From Antedon mediterranea (taxonomy: Eukaryota; Animalia; Echinodermata), in NCBI RefSeq assembly GCF_964355755.1, contig NC_092674.1, positions 10,416,001 through 10,480,000 of the forward strand: a stretch of DNA of 64,000 nt, given 5' to 3'. Position numbers and translations under genes: made by a program. Within the stretch, counting starts at the first letter, position 1; each line of letters opens with the position of its first letter. The notes beneath the pieces were generated by a model. It had not been told where the DNA came from. It was given only the letters and a program-made list of their open reading frames with translations, and ran no database searches. Shown here piece by piece: positions 38,928 to 51,089 of this stretch.

Positions 38928-41783
38928 GTCCGGGCAGCATGCTTATCCAGCAGGGTATTTTGTGGCTAGCAACCATCAACAACACACATGGACTGCACTT
39001 TTTAGGCCTTCTATCTATCCAGCCAGGCCTAGCCTAGCCTAGCTTCTAAACCTAATTTGAAACGACATTTTAAAGTAATATAAACGAAGTGTTACAAACT
39101 TACATGATGGAATTCTGTTCTTTTGTTCTTAAGGGTGCTTTCATAGAAAGTACCGAACAGTTTGACAACCTATGCACCTGTGAACAATAGAACAATTAAA
39201 GACCCTTTCTGAATAACATTTCACACCATGAAACTTTCAGCCCCAAACAAAAAGTAAAGAAAAGTAAGATTTATAGAGGGCGCTTTAACAATAATATAAA
39301 AGTGGTGGCTACCAAACAATCGCGTAATGACAACAATGGCTAAGCACTGGATTTTGGAATTATATTAATAAGCGAAGTTCCAATAACTTCTTGTTTACAG
39401 AGCTCCCATTGTCATGTCTCTAATACAGGCCCTTTTACTAGGCGATATTGTGAAAGGTGTATTAGATCATTTGTCATCATAATTATTTTTTTTATTGATA
39501 AAAAAAAAAAAATGAACAAAATGTTCAGTACTGATTCCATAACTTCTCATACCATGGAAACATTAACAATTTATTTTGAAAATAGTTTACATAGTTTATA
39601 ATGAAGAATTATTTCTCCATAGTTATTATCGGCACAGTCTACGTTTTGTAAAATAAAGCCATGCAGTGTAACCATAGAATGTATTGTAAATGACATAAAA
39701 CACAAACCACATAATTGCTGACCATATAACTGATTTAATTTATTTATATCTACATTATACACAAACACATACATTATGAGTATTTTTTTTCATAACTTTA
39801 CAATGAGGTTTAGGATACATCAATTTACAATAAAATATTAATATTCATTAAAACATTTAAAACAGTCTCCCAGTTAAAAGAATTCTTATAGCGCCCTTTA
39901 AGTCAGATACCATTTCAGTTAATATAAAACCGGCAAAATTGAAAACATGTTTTTGAATAATTATTACTAACAAATTGTCATTTTTAGATAAAATAGTACA
40001 TCTTGGTGATCGAAGAACAATGTCATAAAAATCTAAAAAGTTTATTTTCAAAATGTAAACAAAATCAAGATAAAAACTATAGGGTTATGGTTTACGAAAT
40101 ACTTAATAGTCAAGCTTCCATTCTTTAATGGTAGACGATGGTAAATCACCAATCACAGTCCAGATAACGAACGGAATGGTGTATATTTGGACTTTGCATG
40201 CACAGATTATTATTAAATAAATACTACATTACAATATCCTTCATCTACTGTCAAAATAAAAACTCGCTATTCCTAAATTAACTCTACAAATGTATGTCAA
40301 CCATTTACAACTTTATTCATATAGTAGGCCTAATTAATTTTTTTTAAATGTTGACTGATATTTATTTATATTTTTATGCCTGAACAAAATGTGTGCTATC
40401 AGGGCTAAAGTAATTATTTGTTTCCCTTAAATGCATATCCAACACATTGTAAAATTGACAATATGGTATTAAAGCCTATCCTTGTCATGTATGGTATCCC
40501 ATAATTAATCTATTATTAACATATTATATATTTTGATATGTTGAAATAAAATTCTTATATATTTCATAGGTAATTTCACATATATTACAACTATAAACAA
40601 CTTTAAGATAATACAATAAACTTTGATACACGTTCTGTAAAAAAATAATTTGGCAAACTAATTGTGGCGTTAACGTTATTGCCGCTAGTAACTTATAAAT
40701 AAAATTATTTCTCTCATACAGAGGGTAATGCTCATTCATTATTATTTATGCAAGAAATAATAAATGATAATAAAATAAATTATTATCACTTGGGTCTACC
40801 CTAGATACACCCTAAAGAAGTGGCCGACCTCTGTAACTACCGTACAGGCAGAGTGAAATTATGTCAAAATAATGTTGGTAAAACCATGGCAACAATACAA
40901 CAATGTTCTAGTTGCTATGGCAAAATTATGGCATGGTATAATATTGCTATAAAATAAATTTCCATTTAAAAAAATTATATTGTTGATAAAATTAATACAA
41001 TTCCAACTTAAATACAAAATTAATTGTTTAACTGTTTAAAAGTAATTGTGTATTTGATGCTAAATAACTTGAATCATTTTGTTATACATACATTTGGTGT
41101 AATATTTAATTTGATATTAAAACTGCATAATTCTAAAGTACAATAAACAGAAGTATGGAAGCGCATAAATTATAAAAAGAAAACAACAATTGTAAACAAA
41201 CAAACCATAATTTAAACTTAATGGTAACCTAAATGCATAAAACGATGTATAAAATTAAATAATAAACACATATTAAATACAGTTATTGCAGTTATTACTT
41301 GTTTTAAAAAAATGAAATAAATAGCACATATAAAAAATTCCACTAATGTTCAATTGGCCAAAGAACAAGAAGCATTATCTACCAATTACTATTGAGTATT
41401 CTAACTAATTAGATTCCATGAGTTTCTATAAATTCTAACATATTCACCAACATTAAATATATTTGCATAAATGCAGATTGAAAGCCACCTGTATGTAGAT
41501 GTTCAGATAATTAGTATGCAATTTGTGCATGAAAATATAATATTACTATACAAGTATTTATTAACATATTGGTTTGTTAATTAACTATCGTTGATATGCA
41601 AATCAAGTGGTTCAGATTTCAGTACAAATAGTGTTCTATTTAAACTCCCATGTGCAATGCTTAGTGTAACTTCCAGTAGCCCACCTGGCTAAGAAACTGT
41701 AAATTTTACTAGTTCACAATTAGCAAACTATACCTACTCAACTACTGTATGTTAGTACACATTAACAAATATTGTCTAGTATA

Positions 41784-42093
41784 CAAATAATGAATGTTTA
41801 TGAGTGCAATGGTACAAATAATGGCACGAGGTGAATGATGAAAGGTTATATCAACGAGGCAAAGCCGAGTTGATATAACCTTTCATCATTCACCAAGTGC
41901 CATTATTTGTACCATTACACGAATACAAAACATTCATTATTTGTTTTATATAACATCTAGACGTTTTTTTTTCGTACACAAAAATGTTTCAAAAAGTACT
42001 ATTTAACGATCGTTGAATAGTGCGTACTATTGCACGCCATGTGACCCACATTCGTCCAATCAAATGACAGGAATTTATATAGGTGTTATATAA
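41784..42093. mobile_element. Long-hairpin repeat element (~75-bp stem, 41784-41943), possibly Crypton-type
   Basis: CAAATAATGAATG...GAGGCAAAGCCGAG...CATTCATTATTTG plus a second short inverted pair TTATATAACATCTA / TAGGTGTTATATAA; family assignment is tentative. Confidence 0.55.
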
Positions 42094-42538
42094 ATTCAGA
42101 TATTGTGTGATTAAGGTACTAGCCCACTAGGTATAGTACTAGCCCACTAGGTAGTACTAGCCCACTGGACTAGGTAGCTGGAGAGTTTACTAGCCTACAA
42201 GGTAAGATAATTAAGAAAGTACACATGTACAAAACATATAGTTAAATATGTCTGGTGTTGACAGTGGTCACACATGGTCATTTCACCCTTCTTTTTATTG
42301 TGGCCTAGCACTAAATATAACCACTGATCTTGACAATTAATGAAAGAGCACTGTATGTTAATTGAAACTACTACTATTATATATTATGTGTGTTGACAAT
42401 ACAAATACATGTATACAAATATGTATTCATGCAAATATATAGTTGTGTGCAAACATATACTGTACCTGTATGCAAATACATATACCAAATGCATAAAATA
42501 TGTATGTAAACAAATACATATTACATTATGCAAATATA

Positions 42539-42956
42539 TGTAGCAGGTCACTCACTCTCCTGGAATTCATGTGGTTTTCCATACTTAACTAATGTAGACT
42601 ATAGACCTGGGCTGTAACCACTAAGGTGTCAACTCCTAATAATTAATTGCCTTATTCTAGGGAATTGGTAATAACTTACTAATGATTACTTGGGTGTGAT
42701 CTTAATGGATATACCAGCTCTTGGGAGGGGACAAGGAGGGTCACTGAACTGATAAGTCACCTCACTGGGCTACTCCTTAAATAGTCATGTTCCTATGTTC
42801 TGTAATTAACACTTCTTGTAGATTAACACAATTTGGAAATAACTTGAACCGATAGTTACAACTTAATCACTCTCTGTGTACCTGTATATAGTGTAAATAA
42901 AGTACCATTGAGAGAATATAACAACAGTCTGTGTCATTTATATAAAGAGTGCTACA
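42539..42956 (+). mobile_element. 5' LTR of a Ty3/Gypsy retrotransposon
   Basis: TGTAGCA...TGCTACA termini; AATAAA near 42896; followed by a PBS. Confidence 0.85.
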
Positions 42957-42959
42957 AAT

Positions 42960-42976
42960 TGGAGGTTCTACCGAGA
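42960..42976 (+). promoter_or_regulatory. Primer-binding site complementary to the tRNA-Gln 3' end
   Basis: TGGAGGTTCTACCGAGA versus the complement of tRNA-Gln TCTCGGTGGAACCT-CCA (one difference). Confidence 0.8.
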
Positions 42977-43064
42977 CATTGACACAGCAGATTTTTAATT
43001 TTGTTTCTTTAATTGTACGGACAAGTTTATTTCTTTAATTCATTATACGGAAAATAGCGATAGA

Positions 43065-43982
43065 ATGGATTACACAATTATAGACATGGTCAACGATACT
43101 TCTTCTTCATCACATTTTGAAAGGACTCCATCACATTCAACACCACGAAGGGTAAGCGAACGTCATAATAATATTTCAAATGTATATACTCCAATTCAGC
43201 GGAATAATGTGGGTGCTGGGTATATGCCATACAACCCAGTGCATCAACTGAAAAGTGTTCCAATATTCACAGGAACAACAGGGGGTATATTAATAGAGGA
43301 CTGGGTTCGAGATATGGAGTATTTACTATCAGCTAGTACCATGCCAGTGACATTACAATTTGCAACAATTGTAAGGAACTTAGGGGGCTCAGCAAGAAAA
43401 TTGGTTTTGAACATCCCAGTCGAATGGCAAAATCCCCAGACAGCATTTGCCGAATTAAAACAGCAGTTTGGCGATATTTGCAGTGGGGACCCACTCGCTA
43501 ATTTCTATGCTCGGTTCCAAGGACCTAATGAAGGCGGATCCATATTCGCAATTGAATTGGATTCCAAATTGAGGCGAGCCGAAACCATCATGGGCAGAGG
43601 TCCAATGCCAGACAGGGACCGAATTTTAATAAACCAGTTTTTGCGAGGCATAGTCAACATTGAACTTCGCAATAGAATTGCGCCGATGAGACCTATGTTA
43701 ACGACATTCCGTCATCTAATTGGTGAGGTTCGGGTATTTGAGAAAGAAAGTACCATGATAGTGGCTCGAACCCAAGCGCAAAATGTGCGCCAACCGTCAT
43801 CTGAGTTTGCAGAAATGCAGCAGTCAATTTCAACACTACAAAACCAAATTTCTGCCCTGACAAACATCAGAAAAGATAACCGGCGTGAGGTACGGTTGTG
43901 CTATGGCTGTAATCAACCAGGACATATAAAGAGGTTTTGCCCCCAGATTCCAAAAAACGAGGGACCGCTGCCGCAACAGTAG
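43065..43982 (+). CDS. gag: Gypsy Gag (PNMA-like capsid plus CCHC zinc knuckle), 305 aa, intact
   Basis: F.G..IEDW capsid motif, RFQGPNE, QFLRGI, and CYGCNQPGHIKRFC. Confidence 0.92.
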   Translation: MDYTIIDMVNDTSSSSHFERTPSHSTPRRVSERHNNISNVYTPIQRNNVGAGYMPYNPVHQLKSVPIFTGTTGGILIEDWVRDMEYLLSASTMPVTLQFATIVRNLGGSARKLVLNIPVEWQNPQTAFAELKQQFGDICSGDPLANFYARFQGPNEGGSIFAIELDSKLRRAETIMGRGPMPDRDRILINQFLRGIVNIELRNRIAPMRPMLTTFRHLIGEVRVFEKESTMIVARTQAQNVRQPSSEFAEMQQSISTLQNQISALTNIRKDNRREVRLCYGCNQPGHIKRFCPQIPKNEGPLPQQ

Positions 43983-44857
43983 GCAGCGTAAAGCGAATAC
44001 CACCATTGGTAGGTCCAACGAATACCATGGTGGTAAAGATCAATGGAGCTGAGAGACTGTCTTTACTTGATAGTGGCTCTCAAATCACAACTATGACTGT
44101 CGATACTTTGAAATCTATTTTTGGACACACAGATTACAAAGTACAAATTCAACCATCTTCTTTGGAAATCTTAACTGCAAGCGGAGAATCAATGCCTCAT
44201 CTGGGAACCGCAACTGTGGATATTGAATTGAGCGGTGAGAAATATTGTTCTGTTCCTGTTTTTATAGTACCTTCAACTGACTTTCGAAAAAATGTACCTG
44301 TTCTTATTGGCACTAATATTCTTCGCTTACATTCTAATTTTAATCATACGCAAAAAGAAAATTCATCGTTGTTAGGAAAAGCTGTCTACAGATATCGGAA
44401 AACTACACGTTTACGACCAGGGGAACAAATTAATGTAGGATGTTCTGTGCAGTGGTTTAGCAATTCCTGTGGGACAGTTTTAGTTGAGCCAATGTGCTCT
44501 GGTACTCCTGATGGACTATTAATTGGACGCTCTATTTCACATATTTTGGAAGGAAATAAGGTAACTGTTCGAATTTTAAATGTTTCTGATTCCCCTATTT
44601 TTATTAAACAAAATACACCAATTGCAAATTTAACACAGATTGCCTGTGTTGATAATTTATGTAGTCAGCAAGTTATAAGCCAAGCACCGAATATTGATTT
44701 AACAAATTCTGATACGTCAAATGAACAACATTCTGCACTTAAAAACCTTTTGGAACAGTATGCCGATGTTTTTTCAACTTCCGATAAAGACTTTGGACAT
44801 ACTAAATCATATATGCAAATGTATACCTGTATGCAAATAAATATTGTATGTATGTAA
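43937..44857 (+). CDS. pol: Gypsy Pol N-terminus (aspartic protease plus linker), truncated at the start of RT
   Basis: LLDSGSQIT and VLIGTNIL protease motifs; homology ends at LLEQYADVFS..DFGHT (~44805), then reads into flanking low-complexity DNA. Confidence 0.9.
   Translation: MPPDSKKRGTAAATVGSVKRIPPLVGPTNTMVVKINGAERLSLLDSGSQITTMTVDTLKSIFGHTDYKVQIQPSSLEILTASGESMPHLGTATVDIELSGEKYCSVPVFIVPSTDFRKNVPVLIGTNILRLHSNFNHTQKENSSLLGKAVYRYRKTTRLRPGEQINVGCSVQWFSNSCGTVLVEPMCSGTPDGLLIGRSISHILEGNKVTVRILNVSDSPIFIKQNTPIANLTQIACVDNLCSQQVISQAPNIDLTNSDTSNEQHSALKNLLEQYADVFSTSDKDFGHTKSYMQMYTCMQINIVCM
43952..43988 (+). promoter_or_regulatory. -1 ribosomal frameshift signal
   Basis: A_AAA_AAC in the gag frame, 7-nt spacer, stem CGCTGCC/GGCAGCG with 9-nt loop; pol is in the -1 frame. 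Confidence 0.85.
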
Positions 44858-45941
44858 ATATATACCTGTATGCAAATATATATTGCATACTATATGCAAA
44901 CAGTATTATAGAGTACCTGTATGCAAAAAAATACTGTATGTATGCAAATACTGTATACACCTTACATTATACAAAAAAATGTGTGCAAATACAATTAATG
45001 AATTAAGTATTTGTTGGAATTAAGTACCTTGTTCATATTTCTCGCACCCAATTTTCAAAGTGATTTTTCTGTTATACTCAATAATACTTTCGCTCCACTT
45101 AAAACCAAACTATTTGCACAGGTATAACAAACAAATGCAACATTTATGTAAAAATATGATGTATAAATATTTATATTTATGTTTATTTGATAAGCCAATC
45201 AAATGATTCGCTTGTAATAATTCCAAATCCATATATGTATTAAAATACATGCATAAATTATAATATTCCTATTGAAATTGACAATACACATAAAGGAATT
45301 TAATATAAGGATACAATAATTGACCATGATGACAAAAATCCACTGGACACGAAATTACGGCACAAGGTTTGTGGTCGTTATTTGTTGAATATTTCTTTTC
45401 TAGCACGAATCACAGGGTGGAAAAAAGCACCAAATACGCTACAAAATTGTGCAATTACAGTAAAAATTGATTGCACTGCGATTGATTGAAACCACAGAGG
45501 AAAATCTTACACAGAGTGAATAGGATCAACATCAACAGACAACACAATTCACAGATCTTGTTTTGTACACAAAATGTTTGTCATAAGAAATCACATTGGA
45601 CAAGATTTTTGACACCATTTCTACATCTATAACCGTTTACATAATGTTATGCTATGATTCTTAGGTATTAAAAATTCAGCAGCGTCCTTGTTTTATTATT
45701 TTTTCTTGTAAAGTTTTTTTTTTACAAAGCATCGTCAATCAATGAATAATACTCAATTGAATGATGCATTATGGTTAATAACATTACTTGGAAGAGCATC
45801 ACCTTTAGCACTCTTCATGATTGTCAAGGGTCAAATAAAATCTGGACAGGTAGAATAAGCAGTCTCTCTTATGTACACTTGCATGATGCTGCTATAACGA
45901 TACACGAAAGTAGTAGGTAAGTGAGGGGGATGAATTCATGA

Positions 45942-46034
45942 TCAGACAGCGGTTGGTTCTACAGCTGCTGGGGGGTTCTTCCTGCGAAAGCTCCCTAACC
46001 TGGTCAAAAAACTTCGGATTCCACTACCCCACGG
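45942..46034 (-). CDS. APBB: APBB/FE65 homolog, last coding exon
   Basis: cccttgcag acceptor; PWGSGIRSFL...TAV*. Confidence 0.75.
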   Translation of the reverse strand, partial: PWGSGIRSFLTRLGSFRRKNPPAAVEPTAV

Positions 46035-46822
46035 CTGCAAGGGAAAATAAACATGAACTGAATTAGTATAAAAGTTTATGTTTTTCTTTTGATTAACTAC
46101 TATAGTTGAATAACTGGGAGCTTTTGATTTCCGATGACTGACGACCAAACTAACTCATATAGTTCATTGTGCGCATGCGGAAATAATGGGATGTGTGTCC
46201 TGCCCCTCATCTTGATACAGGTTTGATGGTTTCTAGGTCCAGGCGGCAAAACATTGATTGACCTGACCTAGGTTGGTCATCAGTCATCGCAAATCAAAAA
46301 GCGGCTTTTATTTTATGTGTTATTAACCTTTTGCCGCATTGTTTGATTTTATTTGATGAATACACCAATACATCAATCTAACTATTCTGCCAATCATGAT
46401 ATGCATGGATGAACCTGTCACAAAAGGTCTACTTAACTTACAATATAACAATTGATAACTAATTGTGCAACAGCTTTTAACAAAGAACCATCACTTACAG
46501 CATCATATTTCTCTCATTCCCTATATAAGACCAAGACTATTTAAAAATAAAATAAACTAAAAGGACACGAAGATAAAAATTAATAGGTGTATAATCAGTC
46601 TTTGTAATTTCATAGGTTTGATTTTTTTTTAAGAAACCCATCACCAACTGCCTTTTGGAAAATTAAAATGCATAACAGGTTCTTAGGAGAAACTGATATG
46701 TTGCAATCTGTTTTATGTGGGCCTAATAACCTGGAAAAAGAAACTATTACAAAACAAGATAGAGATCTTAGGTTACACATGACAATTAGGAAGGAAAAAG
46801 GAACCAACCAAACTGTACATAC

Positions 46823-46885
46823 CTTTGAATTTAAGCGATTTTGCTGATCACTTGGTCTAGCATCCAAGCATTTCTGGTACCTCAA
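46823..46885 (-). CDS. APBB: APBB/FE65 homolog exon (LRYQKCLDAR)
   Basis: Matches the FE65 PTB2 C-terminal motif; AG/GT. Confidence 0.9.
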
Positions 46886-47281
46886 CTAAAAAAAAAAGAA
46901 TTAAATAACTTTTACATTTTTCAATTAAGAATTGTTAGACCCACAGCAGTGCAGCGCCTACCCAGAACAGCACATCAGAATATCACCTACTATTGAATAG
47001 TGTACTGTAGTTCTTTGACATGCATTGTATCTACAAGAGACCAATGAGTTTACTATAAGTCCCATCTGAAGAATGAGGCAATGACAGTAAAGCATCTTTC
47101 TTATAAAAGAACATACAATCAATATGACAGATATGATTACGATTCTTGGTTCTTGGTGTGATAATCCCTATTGCAGTCCCCATAGCTTCTGTAACATCAA
47201 AAGGGGCTGAATTTGAATCAGAATACCGGGGGAACTCCTTAAAAGAGAGTGCACACAAGCCATATGATTCAAACTACAAAC

Positions 47282-47458
47282 CTTGCATGCTGCTTCAATA
47301 GCTTTAGCTAGGCCTCCAGACGAATGTTCACAACAGAGGACATGACATGTAAACTGATTCTTCCCCGAACACATGATGAAACCAAATTGGCGGATATTTT
47401 GTCCAATTCCGAGGAACGATAGAAAACGTATCCGACTTTCAGAGATGATTTCTTTGGT
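47282..47458 (-). CDS. APBB: APBB/FE65 homolog PTB2 exon
   Basis: RIRFLSFLGIG...FGFIM...FTCHV...AIEAACK. Confidence 0.92.
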
Positions 47459-47499
47459 CTGCAAAATATATCAAATACATTTTATTTACTTGTTATTAA

Positions 47500-47837
47500 A
47501 GATGTATTGTCTCCCTGAAAAAATAATTCTTAAAAAAAATTTTTTTTGAACATTCCATTTTAATGCAACATAATAGTTATCCACTTTGACCAAAAATTGG
47601 ATCGAAAAAATATGTATTTACCTGAAAAAATTTAATTGAAGACAAAAAATGGTCAAATTGGCTGCCAGCCAATGCATTTTTGGTTGAATTTAACCATTTA
47701 TTTTGTCATTTTACTAGTGAAAACATAATTTTGTTTGTTTTTTATTCTATGGAACTTTATTAAAACTACAACATAACATATTCAAATTCTGATTTAATTA
47801 ATCTTCATTTTTCATATTTTTGGGGGACAATACATCT
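47500..47837. mobile_element. Kolobok-like MITE, family A short form
   Basis: TTAA-AGATGTATTGTC...GACAATACATCT-TTAA. Confidence 0.85.
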
Positions 47838-47844
47838 TTAATAT

Positions 47845-49390
47845 ATTTATTTATTTTATTTATTTTTTTTATTTTTTATTTAATCGGTATAAAAAGACTC
47901 AAAATACAACTCATAGTTGAAATGAAGAGCTTACATATGAAAATGATAATTCACATAGCCTAAACAAAGTTAAACGAAGAAAAAACACATTAAAGCCTAA
48001 GAAACAGTAATAATTACTGTATAATTCGTTAAACTTAAAATTACTATAAAAAATGCACAAATTCTTAAATATACAATTTTAAAAAATAGAGACTAATATT
48101 AATAATCACATTATTTTTAAACACCAATAAAATATATGTAAAATTCATTAAACTAATTAAAAGTACAATAAAAATTGCACAAAATTCAAATTCAAAGGAT
48201 GATATTAATAATTACAAATTCTTATATTATATTTACAAATTTAAAAAATTGAATCTTATAAATCACATTTTTATAGTCCCATAAGTAGTTACAAAAAAAA
48301 ATTTAAAGCATAAAACAACCACTTGACAAAGAGACAATAGAACATACTCTTCGAAATGTCTTTAAAGGTTAATTGTCCAAATCTATTCATTATTTAAGAG
48401 TCCAATAACAGTTGGAATTGTTGATGCAGCAAGTCTTTTAGTCCGACATCGTGGCACATCAAACTTATTAACTTTACGCAAACACCTTGTCGGCTTTTCT
48501 TTTTCAGGGATCCATTCCTTAAAGCGATCCGACTTTAGCAGCCCCTTTCCAAAGTTATAAAGAAGAACCTGACGTCTATGCTGCAATGTCTTTAACTTGA
48601 GGGTTTCAAGTGATTTTGCGTAACTAACATAGTTTTGATATCCAATAATAAGTTTTACAACACGCTTTTGGATGAATTCAAGTTGATCACTCTGTTTATT
48701 GGTGATCGAGCTATGCCAAAGAGGACTGGCATACTCAAGTAAAGGACGAATGTATGTTATAAAAGTGAAAACCAGATCATCCTTTGGGGCTCCAAAACGC
48801 TTCAGAATGTATAGCATATATAGACGACGTGATGCCCTGGAAACGACTTCTTTAATCTGCTTGTCCCACTTGAGGTCACTTTGCAGATGCACTCCAAGAA
48901 GTTTCACACTCTGGGATTCTTCGAGTATAACACCATCCATTTGTAACGGCTCAAATTGGGGAACATTACGCAAAAAATGAACACGCATCACTTGAAACTT
49001 TACAGGATTTGGTGTTGCATCATTCTCCACACACCAACTGGAAAGAGCATCAAGGTTGCTTTGAATCGAACTATCTTCAGGTCTCTGCACTGAAATCACC
49101 TCGCCAATCGTCAGGTCATCAACAAACTTCCATCTATCAGGTACATTGTTGAGCAAATCATTAACCATGATAGTAAATAGGATTGGGCCTAATTTAGTAC
49201 CCTGAGGCACTCCGCACGAAATTGGTTCTGGCGCTGAGACTGAGCCGCCCAACCGCACACACTGATTTCTTTGCGAGAGGAAGCTACACACCGTTGGAAT
49301 GATAGAGGGCATGATATTAAGACCAATTAATTTGTCAATCAGAATTGAATGGTTGACCCGGTCAAAGGCTTTACTAAAGTCTATGGCACA
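47845..49390 (-). mobile_element. 5'-truncated LINE (CR1/L2 group) with open RT C-terminal ORF (48383-49385), AT-rich 3' UTR and (TAAA)n tail
   Basis: DFSKAFD, GVPQGTKLGP, KFVDD, KLLGV, RPLLEYASPLW, LEFIQKR. Confidence 0.92.
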
Positions 49391-49417
49391 AGGTAAATTG
49401 CCAAGGATGGCAATACT

Positions 49418-49580
49418 GTTCACACAAGACAAACATATACACAAGATGCTCTACAAAAACAAAGTCTTATTACAAGTCTTTAAGCGTGGATCATTAGAAA
49501 AAATACTGACATACGACTCGAACCCTGGACAATTGGATTGGCAGTCGGGCATCATAACCACCAAGCCACAACTCCACTGT
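49418..49580 (-). mobile_element. tRNA-SINE head/body abutting the LINE 5' end
   Basis: Colinear with 1715-1886; lacks its own 3' tail. Confidence 0.8.
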
Positions 49581-49728
49581 TCCCGAAGGATTCCACTCAA
49601 TAGGGGTTCTAGTGTACGGTATGCTAAATATCCTTTTGGTGTCCTCAATATTGAGTCAGAGTCTTGGAAGCCCCTGACTGCCAGAGTAATTAACTTATTC
49701 ATTTTGTGCCTCATTGTGACTCACTCAC

Positions 49729-49841
49729 CTTTATATTAGTAATAGTAATTGTGGAGATAGCAACTTCTACCCTAACAGGTATCCAGTCTTCCTCTGGTAA
49801 ATGATATAGTTTGGTCATACCTTCGTTAATTGTATCAATAC
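49729..49841 (-). CDS. APBB: APBB/FE65 homolog PTB2 exon (GIDTINEG...WIPVRVEVA)
   Basis: AG/GT; phase 1-0. Confidence 0.88.
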
Positions 49842-51005
49842 CTAAAAAACATAAGAGACATAAAATGTAATTTATTATTAAGGATTTTCTATAAAAGCTG
49901 AGATAATGTGATCTCTGTTGTACGCTCATATAAATAACTAAGTGCTGTTTCAACGAAGCAAGTTAAGAGTGAAAAGGGATGTTATTCAATCGGACTTGTA
50001 CCATGAAAGTCCCAATTGTCTAATCGTATATCAAGCAGAAGACAACGAATTTGAGTTAAAGTTGTGCAACTTTTTTTCATTCTACTGTACCAGATTTCCT
50101 CACTTCTACAAACATATAAATTTTTAATGCCAAATATAAATATATCAGACACAAATAATGACCACAAAGAAAATTGTTGGCACAGACAAAGACCGAATCT
50201 TTAACAACTAGAATTTTCTTTTTACACATTATTTAGGTCTACACATAACTACAATATGGTTTTGAAAATAAGTAGGACAGGGGTGAAGTAAAACCATTTA
50301 GTGTTTGATTGATTTTGAGTAAAACAGAGTTTTGTGTGCCAAAAAATATAATTACATTTGCAAATTCTGTTACGTATACTAAAAATTTGAATTTCAAATG
50401 GTCAATTAACAGATAGAACAGTACATATACTGTCATTGTGAAACGTATGGCGATTGTCGTTTCATGTGTAGTCCAAAACTAATTAATAAATTACATTGTC
50501 TTTTGTTGATTAACAGACATCGTTTAACTCATTTAATGGATGCCATCAATCTTACCGATTCTGAATACGTGAATTTGATGTTTTGCCATTCAAGGGTTGA
50601 AAAGTTAAAAATAGTAGTTAGTATCGCCATGGAAATGTGTGTAATGAGTGATGTGAATTCAGAATGATGGCCACTGAAAAATTTAATTGAGGCAAAACTT
50701 TGAAAAGCAAGACTGAAAGTAGGCCTCCGAAATAGTAATAAACACGGAGAAAGAGATACTTGAAACCAATCAGATTTAATACAGTAATAAATAATAAAGT
50801 GTGTATGCAAACAAGGAAAACTCCGCAGTTTTTCTTGTAAAAGCTTTATAAGGAGTAGGGCACAAGATGTATAAAACTATTTTCGGCAGACGGACACACC
50901 CATAAAGCTCAGTTCCCACTTAAATGTAATACAATGCAGTAGGCACATGCAAGTGAGTTTTGACAATCATGAGCAACAGATAGGATGATCAAATGGCATA
51001 CATAC

Positions 51006-51089
51006 CTCTAGCATTGGCAACTGGTGTACAACCAAGGTAATGAGCTCTGAAGACTGTTGTCGGCTCAGCTTTTGGTGTTGGAAAATCAA
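51006..51089 (-). CDS. APBB: APBB/FE65 homolog exon (VDFPTPKAE...HYLGCTPV)
   Basis: Start of PTB2; phase 1-1; not in the ORF track. Confidence 0.88.
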
